Positions 12,371 through 26,320 of a DNA stretch of 64,000 nucleotides are shown here, in pieces. Source of the DNA: Octopus vulgaris (lineage: Eukaryota); NCBI GenBank assembly GCA_951406725.2, contig OX597817.1, forward strand, positions 10,726,001 through 10,790,000, given 5' to 3'. The translations under genes were made by a program, and so were the position numbers. Positions within the stretch are counted from its first letter, which is position 1. The number at the start of each line of letters is the position of its first letter. Under the pieces are notes generated by a model. It did not search any database. It was not told the DNA's origin and was given only the letters and a program-made list of their open reading frames with translations.

Positions 12371-12584
12371 AGGCGGTGATATGGCAGAAACATTAGCACG
12401 CTGGGCGAAATGCTTAGTGGTATTTCGTCTGTCTTTATGTTCTGAATTTAAATTACACCGATGTCGACTTTGCCTTTCATCCTTTCGGGGTCGATAAATT
12501 AAGTAGCAGTTGCGTACTGGGGTCGATCTAAACAACTGGCCCCCGCCGAAAAAACATTTCGTGCCTTGTGCCAAGAGTAGAAAA

Positions 12585-12585
<1 letters not shown>
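12371..12585 (+). mobile_element. SINE family M monomer (tail B)
   Basis: GGCGG...GAAATGCTTAGTGGTATTTCG head; tail ...GCCTTGTGCCAAGAGTAGAAAAG. Confidence 0.8.
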
Positions 12586-12632
<47 letters not shown>

Positions 12633-12792
12633 GAAAAATACAAACTGGGACAAGAACGTAAAACATTTAGAAGACGATACAAAAAACACGGACGGGACAT
12701 TGTTCTGCTTTTTATGTTTAATCCTAAGTCTCTTCAATCTTCAGTCAAGAACTGGATCATCCTAGCAATTTCGGCTGCATACACACACACAT

Positions 12793-12887
<95 letters not shown>

Positions 12888-14559
12888 TATATATACATAT
12901 ATATACACACACACACACACACACATATATACATATATATACATATGTGTAATACACACACACATAGAGGCTCGAAACGTCAAAGCCTTTTCCATTTTTC
13001 CTTAGCGTCAAACTAATACACCTTGATTGTTGTTTCCTCACTCATCTCCGTCTTTTGTACAATTTTGAAACATAAACGCGCGCATATGAATTTCGCACGA
13101 TGAGTTTTATTCGATTAAATAGCCCACCATGCTCATTGAATTAGAATACAAGCGGTCGTGTATTCTACAGACATATTTTTTAATGTATTTCTCGGGTGGA
13201 CTCAGTGTGGCACAGCACATGAAAAAGTGGGACCAATGAATTACAGGTATAAACCATCTGACATGTTTCAGCAGAGGTCCGTCGACTTAATTTCATTCAC
13301 TCGGTATGGGTCGACCCCCAAAATAAAGAAAATCACACTTGCCCAAGATGCCACGCAATGATATGAACCTAGGAGGTTCATTGAAAGACAAAGTACCGGC
13401 CAAATATTGCGGGCGGATTTAAGCGACTACCCGCTCTTTTAACCAGGCTGCTTATGTATTTGTAAAATGGTGTGGATAACAAAATTGATTGAGCCCCGAA
13501 GAGTGTCAAACGCAATGGTGGTATTTTGTAACGTTCTTCAACCTTTCAGTGTTGATAACTTCAGTATCACCTAAGTCTGGCAATTGATAAGCTATCAATT
13601 CTAGCACAAAATAAATATAATTGCGTAGTGATAGAGAGTGAAAGTGAAAGAATTGTACATACTTTTACTTCTAGGATTACTTTGAATTTATCGATCTTTG
13701 ATCGATAAATTAAGTACCCATAATGTACATAGACGATTCAATTGAGTACAAATTTAAAGCCTTTTGCCAAAAACTATAACTCATTATCAAACTACCAATA
13801 TTACTGCATTCTTTAAGGTGGCCCCTGCCAGAATCGTTAGCACGCCGGACGAAATGTTTAGCGGCACTTTGTTTGCCTTTACGTTCCGAGTTCAAATTCC
13901 GCTGAGTTATACTTTGCCTTTCGGCTTCTATAAAATAAGTACCAGTTGAGCACTGAGGTCCCTCCACCAAAATTCCTAGCCTTGTATCAAAATTTAAAGC
14001 CAATAATACCGCATCCTTTCCTTCCTCTTTGTTCTGGTTACCAATGGTGAAAACAATCTAATATATTTTCCATTACCATCATACTCCCACTAATAATATT
14101 GACTAATAACGATTTCATCTTGGCACAAGACCACAATTTTTTTAAAAAGTAGGCGATCGAATAAACATTACTGCTTTTCATCTCCCTAAGTATCAACAAG
14201 CAAAATTAACTCTAGCGGGATTTGAACCCATACCTAACTTGATAGCACAAGGCAATTGATCTGGATTACTTTTTCAGTTATCCGACAACAAATGCATTAA
14301 AATCAACACCACTGCCGCATTCAACGGAATCCACCCGGCTACAAGTACTCTTGCAATCATCAGTAATACCACTATGGAACCAGGAAAGACAAGTTTGATA
14401 TTTTGGTATTGTTTGCCTTGTCCTATACCGAATGAAATGTATTTTGAGCCTTTTTATATGAATTAAGAAAACCATATAGAAAAATGTTTTAAATTTCGGA
14501 GAAAGGGAAACAAGTTCAGAACTAGTATACCATATTCGATGCTCTCACATGCAACTGTT

Positions 14560-14815
14560 TTCTAATATTCATTTGAAATACATGTAATGCCGACTTTTGC
14601 AATGCATCTAGATTGTAGGGTATCTCTAAGGTTTCCAGATGGGTTTTTTTTTTTCAGATTGGGTGGTATTGAACCCAATGCTCCAATGGCAATAGGAATA
14701 ACATTTATGTTCGACTCTTGTAGCTGCCACATCTTAGCGATCTCAATTCTGAGGCTCTCCATGTTTATCAACTTTGTCTGTTTCTTTCGTGAATGATGTT
14801 GATCTCCTAGCACTA
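14560..14815 (-). pseudogene. RLE-type non-LTR retrotransposon (R4/Dong- or NeSL-like) C-terminal endonuclease fragment
   Basis: ESLRIEIAKMWQLQESNINVIPIAIGALGSIPPNL matches the restriction-like endonuclease C-terminus. It abuts a long (ATT)n tract. Confidence 0.7.
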
Positions 14816-14823
14816 CTACGTCG

Positions 14824-14858
<35 letters not shown>

Positions 14859-14899
14859 CATCATTATTATTATTATTATTATTACTACTATTATTATTA

Positions 14900-14948
<49 letters not shown>

Positions 14949-14990
14949 CATTATTACTATTATTATTATCATTATTATTATTATTATTAC

Positions 14991-15032
<42 letters not shown>

Positions 15033-15071
15033 TATTATTATTATTATTACTATTATTATTATTATTATTAC

Positions 15072-15107
<36 letters not shown>
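14824..15107. repeat. (ATT)n microsatellite
   Basis: Read directly from the sequence. Confidence 0.95.
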
Positions 15108-15108
<1 letters not shown>

Positions 15109-16067
15109 TGTGTGTATGTGTGTTGTCTGTCATAAGAATTTAAAAACTTCAAATGAATATGTCTTTTTCTTGGGATACGAAGAATGTAAAGATATAAATT
15201 ATAGCGTGTGAACATTGGGTAAAAAAAACCCACCTTGAATAGCAAAAAGCCTTCGACTTTTTCAATCCAAGAGTTCTTTTTAACTCAATGCTATTATTTA
15301 TTGCTCTATCTACTTCGAGTTTTACCGTTAAAAATCTAATATATTGTATGTGTGTGTGTGTGTGTGTGTGTGATAGAAATGGAAAAATCGTTAGTACAGT
15401 GGTTTATACTTGAAAAAGTGAAGAAAAATTAATTTGATGATTATTTTCAACTTTTGGAAAATAATCACGAGAAAAGCTATTCTTCTTCACTTTTTCCAAA
15501 TATGGATCTCGGTTAGAATTTCTGACCATGAGTATTCAGTTGTTCGATCATCTTAACTAGCAGATTCATTGAATTAGCGTGTAAGTTGTTGAGTATTCCG
15601 CGTACATGTGGACCCCTAACGTAATTCTCAGGGGTCATAATCATACACTGAGTGGCACTGTTAAACCATTGAATCACAGGTTTAATCCATACAGTATTCC
15701 GTCTAAAATCACTGCAAGAATATGTAAGACATACTCAGCATGGTTAAGGTGAGTAAGATAAAACTTATTCAGTCGATAAATATTATTTTACTGGCGAACC
15801 GGAAAAAAAAAAGGTCGACTCACGAGATCTCAGCTCTGATTAAATTTTACATAAATACATAACATGTCTTTTTGTGGGAATGACAAATGTCTTGTTAGAA
15901 TCTTCTTTGTATTTGCTATTAAGAATGTGCAAGCAGGAATATCTTATTCAAATATTTACTGAATTTCACATATTCTGTATAAAATATTTGATGTATTTCC
16001 TAAGTGGCACAAATGGAGATGATTTATATTATCAATAACACTCTAGACTACATAAAAAAATATTATC

Positions 16068-16240
16068 CTATTTCTTTACTACCCACAAGGGGCTAAACAT
16101 AGAGGGGACAAACAAGGACAGAAGGATCAAGTCGATTACATCGACCCCAGTGCGTAACTGATACTTTATTTATCGACCCCGAAAGGATGAAAGGCAAAGT
16201 CGACCTCGACGGAATTTGTACTCAGAACGTAACGGACTGA
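16068..16240 (-). mobile_element. SINE family M, 5'-truncated tail-A unit
   Basis: TATTTCTTTACTACCCACAAGGGGCT... homologous to the array units. Confidence 0.85.
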
Positions 16241-16866
16241 CGGGCATACATTCATCAACACTCTGAACCCATTAACGTCTTTTCTGCTGTTCTTGTTTTT
16301 CTTGTTGCTATGAACAAGCCAAGGGCCAACTACCACTAACCAAGCACATATAATGTACCCAGTTTTTCCTCAAATACAGTAAACTCTTCGCCTAATCCTT
16401 CTTACCCAAATGTGTAAATGTTTCAAACTTCCAGTTACATAGTTAAAGAGAAGGCGAGAGGATGCTTGACTCCGGCCACACTTTTGTGAGGGAAGCACTT
16501 TTGCGTCTGCTGTATAAGGCTGTGTAGGCTTGAAGACTCAGAGTGAGAGAGCGGCAAACTCAAGGATTGCCCCGGGCGGTATACACTCTAGCTATGTCAC
16601 AGTAAGTTTCTCTTAAATTTAACAAGCATCAGTCAGCCAGCCAAAGTTCAAGCTTAACATTAACTGAATCGAACTTTCCAGTCTGGAAAGGCCTTGCGCT
16701 GTGATAAACATAACAGTATCAATTTGTAAAGCGTAACAGGACAGCTGAAAGGATTCGCATGCTGTACCTTTCGCTTACCGGTCTATGCAGTAGAACACCT
16801 TCCTCAACTCTTCAAACTAAATACTGCAAACCTATTTTCGTTTGTAATATTTTATTTCTACGGAGA

Positions 16867-17085
16867 GGGCGTCGAGCTGACAGAATCGTTAGCACGTCGG
16901 GCAAAATGCTCAGCGGTATTTGGTCCGTCTTTACATTCTGTGTTCAAATTTTGCCGAGGTCAACTTTGCCTTTCATCCTTTCAAGATCGATAAAATAAGT
17001 ACCCGTCTAGCACTGGAGTCGATGTAATCGACTTAATCCCTCCTCCGAAATTACTGTGGCTTTGAGCCAAAATTTGAAATCAATA
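16867..17085 (+). mobile_element. SINE family M, old copy (tail C)
   Basis: Head, central domain and ...CCAAAATTTGAAATC tail. Confidence 0.75.
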
Positions 17086-18400
17086 TTTTATTTCTATGAA
17101 TTAATCCGTCGGTTCCTTAGTGGTAGGTAGCAGGATATATGCTATCAATATACAACATAGTAATCAGCTCACCTCGGCTCAATGTTTGCAACTTAAAACA
17201 TGATCACACAACAAACGATAGGAAAGCAAGTGTGCTTGCTGTTCGTTTCCGTCTTAAATTGGTGCTTATAAATTCCTGATATAATTGGAAGTGGAAAATC
17301 TTAGCAATTAAGTCTATAATAGAACGAAGATATTCCGCCTGTTAAAACAGTTGGTTTGATATGGACCATCAACTACCACTCGAATTTGATTTCGTACGTC
17401 TTTGAGATCGGAATGTAGATTTATTGCGGTGCAGTACTGTGTGTTACCCTGATGTATCTAATCTACTTGTAGATGTGCTTCTGAAATGTGGTCCTTACAA
17501 ATACAAACAAACAATTCGGGTCAGGGGCTTAGTGTTGAAAGGTATTTATTAACTAAGGTAAAATAATACCAGTTAGCAAAACAACTATGTGGCAGGAAGC
17601 ATGAAGGTAAAAAGCAAAATTAAAAATACATATGTGTGTGTGTGGATGTATATATAATCGACACACAAATAAACAAGTTTATTTGGTGTGGTGGAGAGAT
17701 AAGATAAAGCCCTTGTAAATGTGTTTGGTTTTTAAATAAAAGTTCCCAAGCAATTAAGCTGACATAAACTCGTGTCGTGCGACTTGTTAAAACCGATAAG
17801 TATCAAAAGTTTTGATTGATACTTATTTACTTTGTGCTTTAAAAAAACTGACTGGATTAGGTCAGAGGAAAGCAAATTGAAAGTAAAAAAAAAAAAAATT
17901 TCAAAGGTCAACAGTTCATGTATACTAAAGAAATTGGTTTCATGGAATTTATTATATTGAACTTTCGGTTGAAAGAGAGGGTGAACAAATAAAACCATTA
18001 ACAAGTGCGTTGCAACCAACATCAAACAAAAAATGAACGAATCATAACGTTATCACTTTTTAAAAAGTCACGATTTTTAATGGAATAAAAATATTTTTAC
18101 TTGTACGAATAAGCTAGGGAGAAATTAGAAGTAGACCTTTGAATGACGAAGAATGAAATCAAAGGATAATAGACAGAAACGAGAGAGTTGAAAATAAGCG
18201 CTTATTCAAGTGCTTATCGTTGCATTTTAATTTGGTGACTTTGAATGTAATACTTTGGTCAGTGGATCTATGCTTGGTTTATTTAATCGTAACAAACAAG
18301 AGGTAAAACAAATACTAGAATTAGAGAGACTATCCAAGGCCAGACGTTGAGATGCCTGTGCCTCGGGCAAGTTGAATTTCGACGACATGACAAGTATATA

Positions 18401-18614
18401 TATTTCTTTACTACCCACAAGGGGCTAAACACAGAGGGAACAAACAAGGACAGATAAACGGATTAAGTCAATTACATCGATCCCAGTGCGTAACTGGTAC
18501 TTAATTTATCGACCCACGAAAGGATGAAAGGCAAAGTCGACCTCGGCAGAATTTGAACTCAGAATGTAACGCATTTCGCCCGGCGTGCTAACGTTTCTGC
18601 CAGCTCGCCGCCTT
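18401..18614 (-). mobile_element. SINE family M monomer (tail A) with TSD
   Basis: 15-bp TSD CATGACAAGTATATA (18386-18400 / 18615-18629). The 3' end is AAAGAAATA with no poly-A. Confidence 0.9.
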
Positions 18615-18806
18615 CATGACAAGTATATATCATACACACACACACACACATAATGACTTATTCTTTGTAAGCCTAATACTTATTCTACCGGTCTCTTTTG
18701 CCGAACCACTAAGTTACGGGAACATAAACACACCAACATCGGTTGCCAAGCGATGTTGGGAATGCAAACACACACACAGAGACACACACACACACACACA
18801 TATATG

Positions 18807-18892
<86 letters not shown>

Positions 18893-18924
18893 TTATTATT
18901 AATCTAAACAAGTAGAGAAATAGG

Positions 18925-19647
18925 AGAAATGAAGTTAAATATGCACAGAGAATATATTAGAATTAATTAGAATTTAATTATATCTTAAAATATAGGAATA
19001 CACTTGACCGATTTGATATTGGATTTTCAAAAGTGCATAGTGTATGGATTTGTGACGCAAATTATGTCTATTCTGGCCGTTGTATAAAAATAGTTTTTTT
19101 TTTAAAGCTGGAATGTAGCTCAGAACGCTATCAATTAACGTCAAGCGCATCCCTATATTCTAAAATATAATTAAATTCTAATTAATTCTAATATATTTTC
19201 TGTGCTGGAGCGGCGAACTGGCAGAATCGTTAGCACGCCGGGCGAAATGCTTTGCGGTATTTCGTCTGCCGCTACGTTCTGAGATCAAATTCCGCCGAGG
19301 TCGACTTTGCCTTTCATCCTTTCGGGGTCGATTAAATTAGTAATAGTTACGCACTGGGGTCGATATAATCGACTTAATCTGTTTGTCTGTCCTTGTTTGT
19401 CCCCTCTGTGTGTAGCCCCTTGGGGGTAGTAAAGAAATAGGTATTTCGTCTGCCGTTACGTTCTGAGTTCAAATTCTGCCGAGGTCGACTTTGGCTTTCG
19501 TCCTTTCGGGGTCGATTAAATAAGTACCAGTTACGCACTGGGGTCGATGTAATCGACTTGATCCCCTTGTTTGTCCCCTCTATGTTTAGTCCCCTGTGGG
19601 CAATAAAGAAATAAATATATTCTTTGTGCCTTTTTAACTTCATTTCT
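18925..19647. mobile_element. AT-rich foldback/MITE-like element interrupted by a SINE dimer
   Basis: Left arm 18925-~19008 is the reverse complement of 19140-19205 plus 19614-19647. Confidence 0.6.
19206..19613 (+). mobile_element. SINE family M dimer with TSD
   Basis: Junction AAAGAAATA|GGTATTTC at 19439/19440. ~16-bp TSD AATATATTTTCTGTGC / AATATATTCTTTGTGC. Confidence 0.9.
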
Positions 19648-20303
19648 TACATAAAACTTTCGCAAGGAATAAAACCTGTAAATGTAAATAAAGTATTTGA
19701 TACAATTTCGTTAAAGATAGGAATAAAGTGTTTATTTTATTCTCATTTTCCTCTTTTTTTTTGAATATCTTAAGCAAGGAACATGCTACGAGACTCTTTC
19801 GCTGACCTTAAGAATATCACGGGCGTGGAGAATGGAATAAGAACACTCTACCTCGGTGGATTGAATAAATGGTTCTGTTCAAAATTGTAAGAATGTTGCC
19901 GAGTACAAGAGGCACCTGAAAAAGGCCGGAGTGTACAGAGATTGAAATGTTGTGGCCATAATGACCAATGTGAAGATACTGGTTAGAATAAATCACTGTA
20001 TAATGATGTGGTGCCGTGTAAACCTATTCTATATGCAACTAGGTTTAACAATCTGCAAGAATTAGTGAACGATAGGTACAATACGTACAATAGCGACGTA
20101 CTAACAGGTAAAAAGAATTAACTAATTAAAAATAAATATGTTATTGTGGCCATCCACATTTATCCTCTGCGAAAGGGTTGGTGAGGGAAAAAGAATACTT
20201 TTATTGTTTTGCATTCATTTGGTGTTCATTGCAAACGCTGGTGGAGAGGAAGCGGACAGTTGACAAACTACATTTCATTGATAGACGCTATTTTGCCTTC
20301 ACG

Positions 20304-20592
20304 TGGAGGCGCAAGGGCAGCAGATTCGCGGTCGGAGGATCGCGGTTTCGATTCCCAGACCGGGCGTTGTGTGTATTTATTGAGCGAAAACACCTATAAA
20401 GCTCCACGAGGTTCCGGCACTCTGTACTCTTTTGCCCCAACTTTCTCTCAGTCTCTCTTCCTGTTTCTTGAGTAACGCTGCGATGGACTGGAGTCCCGTC
20501 CAACTGGGGGGAACACATACGCCACAGAAACCGGAAAACCGAGCCCATGAGCCTGGCTAAGCTTGAAAAGGGCGCATAAATAAAAAAAAAAA
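20304..20592 (+). mobile_element. tRNA-derived SINE family V
   Basis: TGGAGGCGCA head, B box GGTTTCGATTCC, CTGCGATGGACTGGAGTCCCGTCCA domain and A-rich tail. Confidence 0.8.
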
Positions 20593-20657
20593 TTCCTTCA
20601 CATCTGCAGAGTAATTATATACACTTAAGTCTTGAATCCTCACATCTCTTATCCATC

Positions 20658-20825
20658 ATGGATGTAAAATTCCTCTACATTATCATCCTTAACAATGAAG
20701 AGCGTATAGCCCTTAGGCATTTCTTAGATTCTTTACTTAAATCCAGTACCACCATCCTTCTCTGCTTAGGTGAACTTGAACTAACTTTCAATTGTTTCTC
20801 CTCCTCCGGTGAGTTTTGTCAATAA
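20658..20825 (+). pseudogene. Penelope-like reverse transcriptase fragment
   Basis: MDVKFLYIIILNNEERIALRHFLD...TTILLCLGELELTFNCFSSSGEFCQ resembles the PLE RT pattern DVxSLYTxIP...LAELVLTxNxFxFxGxxYxQ. Confidence 0.6.
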
Positions 20826-21046
20826 ATTATATTCTTTATTCAGAATACGCAACGAAAATATACAGGAATCACTCGCTTTACAGAAATAGCGCGTTCCTAA
20901 AAATCTGGCCGTAACGCAAAATTCCGTAATGCGAAATTATTTTTCCTATTGATTTTCATATGATCAAGAGAGACTGCGTTCCTATACACAAAAAAAGGGT
21001 AAATGCACACGAAAACAATAGAGAATAAGTAATATGATCATCTTTA

Positions 21047-21190
21047 GGATCTTTTCACTTTAGAATTTTCTCAAGAACGCCAAGAGAAAAAGATGTTTTA
21101 TGTGACACATTCTACCAGTATACGAAGTTTAAAAGTGTTTAGTTACAAAAAAATTATTTTTTAAATCTGCCGGTCAAAGTGGAAAGATCC
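21047..21190. mobile_element. GG-terminal MITE (short form), 8-bp TSD
   Basis: GGATCTTTTC...GAAAGATCC termini and a perfect TSD CATCTTTA. Homologous to 56063-56484. Confidence 0.85.
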
Positions 21191-21237
21191 CATCTTTATA
21201 CATGAAAATAACAATTTCTAACATACACAATACAATA

Positions 21238-21540
21238 TCTTTATATATAAAAGTGAAGTTGTGTGAGTGTCTGTCTCCTACGATTTAGATTCCTAACTAC
21301 TCCCACATTTTGCGGTGCAGTTTAACCAAAAGCGGGTATCTTATAGTCGTCATTCATATCGAGCCCTTCTGGGTACTACCGCGCGTCTACGATGTGTCTA
21401 CGATTTAAAAAAAAATTTACCATCATTTTATCCTATTTTTAATGCATTTTTTTGCTATTATATAAGGGAAGTAACTCTCTAAAAATGCTTATATAGTTAT
21501 TTCCCTTACAAACCCGAGCAACGCCGGGCGATACTGCTAG
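21238..21540 (+). mobile_element. Non-autonomous Helitron
   Basis: 5' TC, 3' hairpin CCCGAGCAACGCCGGG then CTAG, inserted between A and T. Second copy at 29161-29556. Confidence 0.85.
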
Positions 21541-22497
21541 TAGATACATAAAAAACGAAAAACATTTGAAGAGGAATACGTTAGGGAATTAATAAGAATC
21601 GTAAAAGCGTAATAGTATGTTATCACTACAAAAGATGGTAACTACTGTGTGAGGGGTGGGAATGAAATGAACGTTACTAGAAGGATGCGGGACAATATCT
21701 TATAGTTCATTATCACGAACATCAGCTTAAGAGGTGAATAGCCTATCCAAAGTTGAATTGTTGATGACGCATCATCTTTTTTGTACATCTCATTGTAAAT
21801 TCCTCTCGTAATTTTTATGTTACGTTCACGATTAGGATCATTATCAGCAAAAACTTGCAGACCTTCCTTTCTCTATAAGTGCTAGCCCATTAGCAATAAT
21901 TTTTGAAGCCAAAATAAGTGGTATAGATGGAGTGTCGGTTGTCCCATCTCTATTTGCAGATTGTTCTTTTTCCAACATCAGCTTCTCGTTGGATAAATCT
22001 TTTTTCTGGGAATCTAGCAACTCAATCACCTCATCCTCTTTGGCTTCTTCAAATTCTACATCCTTTACAAGTGTTACATCTTTCCGAATTTTCTGAGGAA
22101 AATTTGTTATGTCACTGATTACAGTCTGGCCATGTATTTTTCCAAGCAAAATTCTAAGTAGACGGTTTCACTTTATTCCATGACTCAACTATATTATCCA
22201 CACCATCCGCTATGTTGAATTTCTTGCAGAAATCTTTAACGCTAGGTTTATTCTCCTTGTCACTTGCTTTCATGAGTGGTTTGAAAGTTCTCATATGCCT
22301 AGAAGTTAGCTGTCACACCGTGATCCATTGGCTGCAAAGAAGTTTGTATTCTTGGTGACATACATTCACTATCACATCATCAGAAAGGTCATCTAAGTTC
22401 GCTAGGTGGCTCGGTGAACTGTCTAAAAGAACATTCGCTAGATTTTATAGACAATTCACCCCTTGCACTTCTGACTTAACACACACACACACACACA

Positions 22498-22569
<72 letters not shown>

Positions 22570-23013
22570 TAACACTTCTTTTTTCTGTTTTCCTGACGCA
22601 CAACGTCACTAATTTTCTCGGATTCTATGTTTTACTAAACAGGAAATTTATTTTATAAATTGTATTACCAAGCAGGTAGTTTGTTTAATAAATCGTTCAT
22701 TTTATTTCTAATGAGAATTGCTATTTCTTGTAGTTCATCAATTAAATCTTTCGTGCTTGAATGATTTCCTTATAGATAGCAAATGTTTCCATGATTTAAA
22801 ATAGCTCATGTGGGGAATTGATAATAACAGCATAATATAATCACGTGTGAAAATAAACAGGTTGCGATCAGAATTCTGAAAACATTCCAAGTTCAAGAGT
22901 AACCTGTAAAAGCTTTCACATGACACATCAGACTGAAAGGAAATGAGAAATCTAACTTCTCAAAAATTTGAATTACAACAATTTTTCAACGCGTTAACAA
23001 ACAACATTCAGTG

Positions 23014-23530
23014 CGGGATGGTATCAGAAAGTTCCTGGACTAGTTCTTATAGCGCGCCAACAGATGGCAGCGTACGGTTGCGTGTACAGTGAGAACTAGA
23101 AGTGACCTTCATAAGGCAGTGCGCTGAGTGACATCGCTGTGTTTACTTCGAAAGTTGTGAAACTTAATCCCGTGTATGCTGTAGTCTGCGGTTTTTGTCA
23201 TGGACAGGAAGTTGGAACAAAGAATCAACGTGAAATTTTGCATTAAACTTGTGAAGTCTACAACAGAGACATTCAGCACGCTTCGGCAAGCTTTCAGCGA
23301 CGAGACAATGGGTCATGCGCAATGCTTCGAGTGGCACGGGCGCTTCAAAAGCGGAAGAACATCCCTGAGAGATGATGAGCGATCTAGAAGAACTGCCCCA
23401 AGTGTCACCCCACGAAATGTAGGGAAAATTTATCAGCTTGTGCATGAGGATCGTTGGAGGACAATCAATGACATAGCTGATGTTGTTGGTCTGCCGTATG
23501 GGTCTGTGCCGGCAATCCTAACGTCTGGAT
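23014..23530 (+). mobile_element. Mariner-family transposon 5' fragment with transposase HTH region (ORF from 23200)
   Basis: MDRKLEQRINVKFCIKLVKS...FEWHGRFKSGRTSLRDDERS...EDRWRTINDIA is a mariner N-terminal DNA-binding region, truncated before the catalytic domain. Confidence 0.85.
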
Positions 23531-23536
23531 TCCTTC

Positions 23537-23578
<42 letters not shown>

Positions 23579-23942
23579 GTGTGTGTGTGTCTGTGTTTAT
23601 GTTCCCGTAACTTAGCAGTTTGGCAAAAAAGATCCGATACAATAAGTTCTAGGCTTACAAAGAATAAGTTCTGGGGTCGATTAACACACTGTAAGGTGGT
23701 GCTCCAGCATCGCCGCAGTCAAATGACTGAATCAAGTAAAACAATAAAAGAAAAGAACACACACACACACACAAGAAACTAAAATGACAATGGAATAGAA
23801 AATTGTCTTGAACTTCATTAGCTTACGCCTATTTCTGCTACAAGATGAAATGCACTCATGGGTAAATGCTTGTAGTACACCCTATAGCTTCATCAGAGCA
23901 TCAAACATGAAGTGCGATTTTATTTCGGGAAGCATTTGGATA

Positions 23943-24253
23943 AAAAGGTAAAGACCCCCTTCGGTCATGAATGACCATGTGATGCATCAAGGAAGTTTCC
24001 CTAGAAAAGCACAAGTGGGTTGTTTATGGAAGGCCAGCAGCTTCCGTTCTCTACGTCACCGATGTTATCCAAGGGAAAGGCAAAGGCTGATACAGCTTGG
24101 CACCCGTGATGTCGCAACTCATTTCTACAGCTGAGTGAAGTGGAGCAACATGAAATAAAGTGTCTTGCTCAAGAACACATGTAGCTCAGGCTGAGAATCG
24201 AACTCACTCACTACCTCATGATTGTGAGACGACACTAACCACTGAACCATGTG
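23943..24253 (-). mobile_element. tRNA-derived SINE (fourth family); related partial copy at ~30725-30880
   Basis: Minus-strand A box TGGTTCAGTGG and B box GAGTTCGATTC, followed by TGTGTTCTTGAGCAAGACACTTTATTTC. Confidence 0.7.
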
Positions 24254-24656
24254 GAAAGCATTTACATTTATACACACACACACACGAACGGAAAAGCATT
24301 ACTATCTAAAAGAAGTATAAACACATGTAGTAAATGAAGTAGGGAGTTTGAGGGCAGAGCCTACATGTGTTCGTGAACATATTTTTGGGTCGTCTTTTAT
24401 ATGCTTACATATACGCGCGAGTACATATGCATATATATATCTATGTGTAACTTTATATATGTGTGTATGTGCGTTTATATGCATACATATATGTCTGTGT
24501 ATGTGCATATATGTATGTACGTATGCATACATGCATGTATGTGTGTGTGCGTATAAACATGTACGTACATAATATTATTTGTATATATCCGTGTATACAT
24601 ATGCACGTACATCTGTATGTATTTGTGTATGTACATATATATATATATATATATAT

Positions 24657-24723
<67 letters not shown>

Positions 24724-25807
24724 TCTGTATACATCTGTATATATATTGTTTATTTAATTTAGTGATTTTTAGAACAATATTTATTATAATATATTTAAAT
24801 TCTTTCTACATGATTTAATATAGATAATATCTTTCACTAGTAATTGAATTACTCAATAGAGGTTTTTTGTCTTCATTATATACTTATCTGTATGTATATC
24901 TATATATATGCCTTTGTGTGTATATGTGCGTCTGTGTAAGTAAACATATGAGTTTATTTTAGATATCTATGTCTATATGTGTATATAAATGTATTTTATA
25001 TACAGATTGATGTTTCTGGGCGTGTATATAATTATGCTTGTGTTCCCGTGTGTGTGTGTGTGTGTGTGTGTTTTGTGTATGTGCCTGTGTGTATATGTGT
25101 ATATAAAGATATATATCAGTCAATATCGGCTTCCTCTCTCTCTCTCTCTTTCCATACACACACAAACGCACGCTGTTCTCTATAACATGTCTCCCCGGTG
25201 CACCCCGACTTCCGCCAGTTAATTGTTAATTGTCAGTCTGGCTAGGATCTTTAAGTAGAAAAATCTTTATAACCCTCATAACGCTTTCTCTTTCTCTTTC
25301 TCTCATTGTCTTGGATTCTATCACTTTCTATCTACCTCAACTCCCAATTGTATTTTTACATGTTTGTTCTTTACTTCTTTACTTAGTTCTTCATATACCA
25401 ATCTTTATACATATTTATACATAAAATTTTATCTTAATCTACTGCTTCTGGAAGGATCTTGTGCTCCTCAGACTCCTCACTTAATTTCCTACATACGTTT
25501 ATGCTTTTATCGATGGTAATGCTTTTCCGTGTGAATATATATATAAATGTAAGCGCTTTCCGAAATGAAATTGCAACTTCAGTTTTGAAGCTCCTATGAA
25601 GCTACAGGGCGATACACAAGCACTCAATTCTGAGTGCATTGCATCTTATAACAGAAACAGGTGTAAGCAAAAGAAGTTCTTGACAATTTTTTTATTCCCT
25701 CGTCGTCTTAATTTCTTATTACTGCTCTGTACTTCACTGATACTTTGTTCTGCAGCATTAGTATATTGAGTTCTAACATCAGGTTATTAGTTATTTGACC
25801 CTAAGCC

Positions 25808-25838
<31 letters not shown>

Positions 25839-26320
25839 AAGAAGAAGAAGAAGAAGAAGATGTATATATACGACAGACTTCTTTCAGTTACCGACTATCA
25901 GATCCATTCACAAGGCTTTTGTCGGCCCTGAGCTATTGTAGAAAACACTTGTTCAAGGCATCACGCGGTGAGACTGAACCCTGAACCATATGGTTTGAAA
26001 GCAAAACATCTTACGATACAGCCACGCCTGTGCGGAGAAAGCGTTTTGTTTTATTTCAAAGGCTGAGTTGAATAAGAATATTGGATGGTTTTGCGACCAG
26101 CGATGACAAGCAACAAACGATGCAACATTTTCCAGCAAAATTCTCAAATCATAATGATTCCTGGTCATCAGCAACAAACCGCTCCACACTGTTTACAACC
26201 AGAAACTCCTAGTAAAATTATTTCTGTAGAAGTAATTTCCACTTCATCATATCAATCAACCAACGAAACCGCCCCAGGTTTATTACTATTACTCATCTCA
26301 TTCAATTGATGAATTTGAAT

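Larger units (their letters stand above)
20863..22440 (-). mobile_element. Tigger/pogo DNA transposon remnant with nested MITE and Helitron
   Basis: TA-CAGGAATCACTCGCTTTAC terminus. The minus strand at ~21700-22440 gives LQPMDHGV, FNIADGVDNIVESWNKV and EDEVIELLDSQKKDLSNE (TIGD1-like DDE_1 and C-terminus). Confidence 0.7.

Noticed and set aside
17720-18380. Possible Gypsy gag remnant
   Set aside because: Only a vague resemblance; no LTRs or pol motifs seen.
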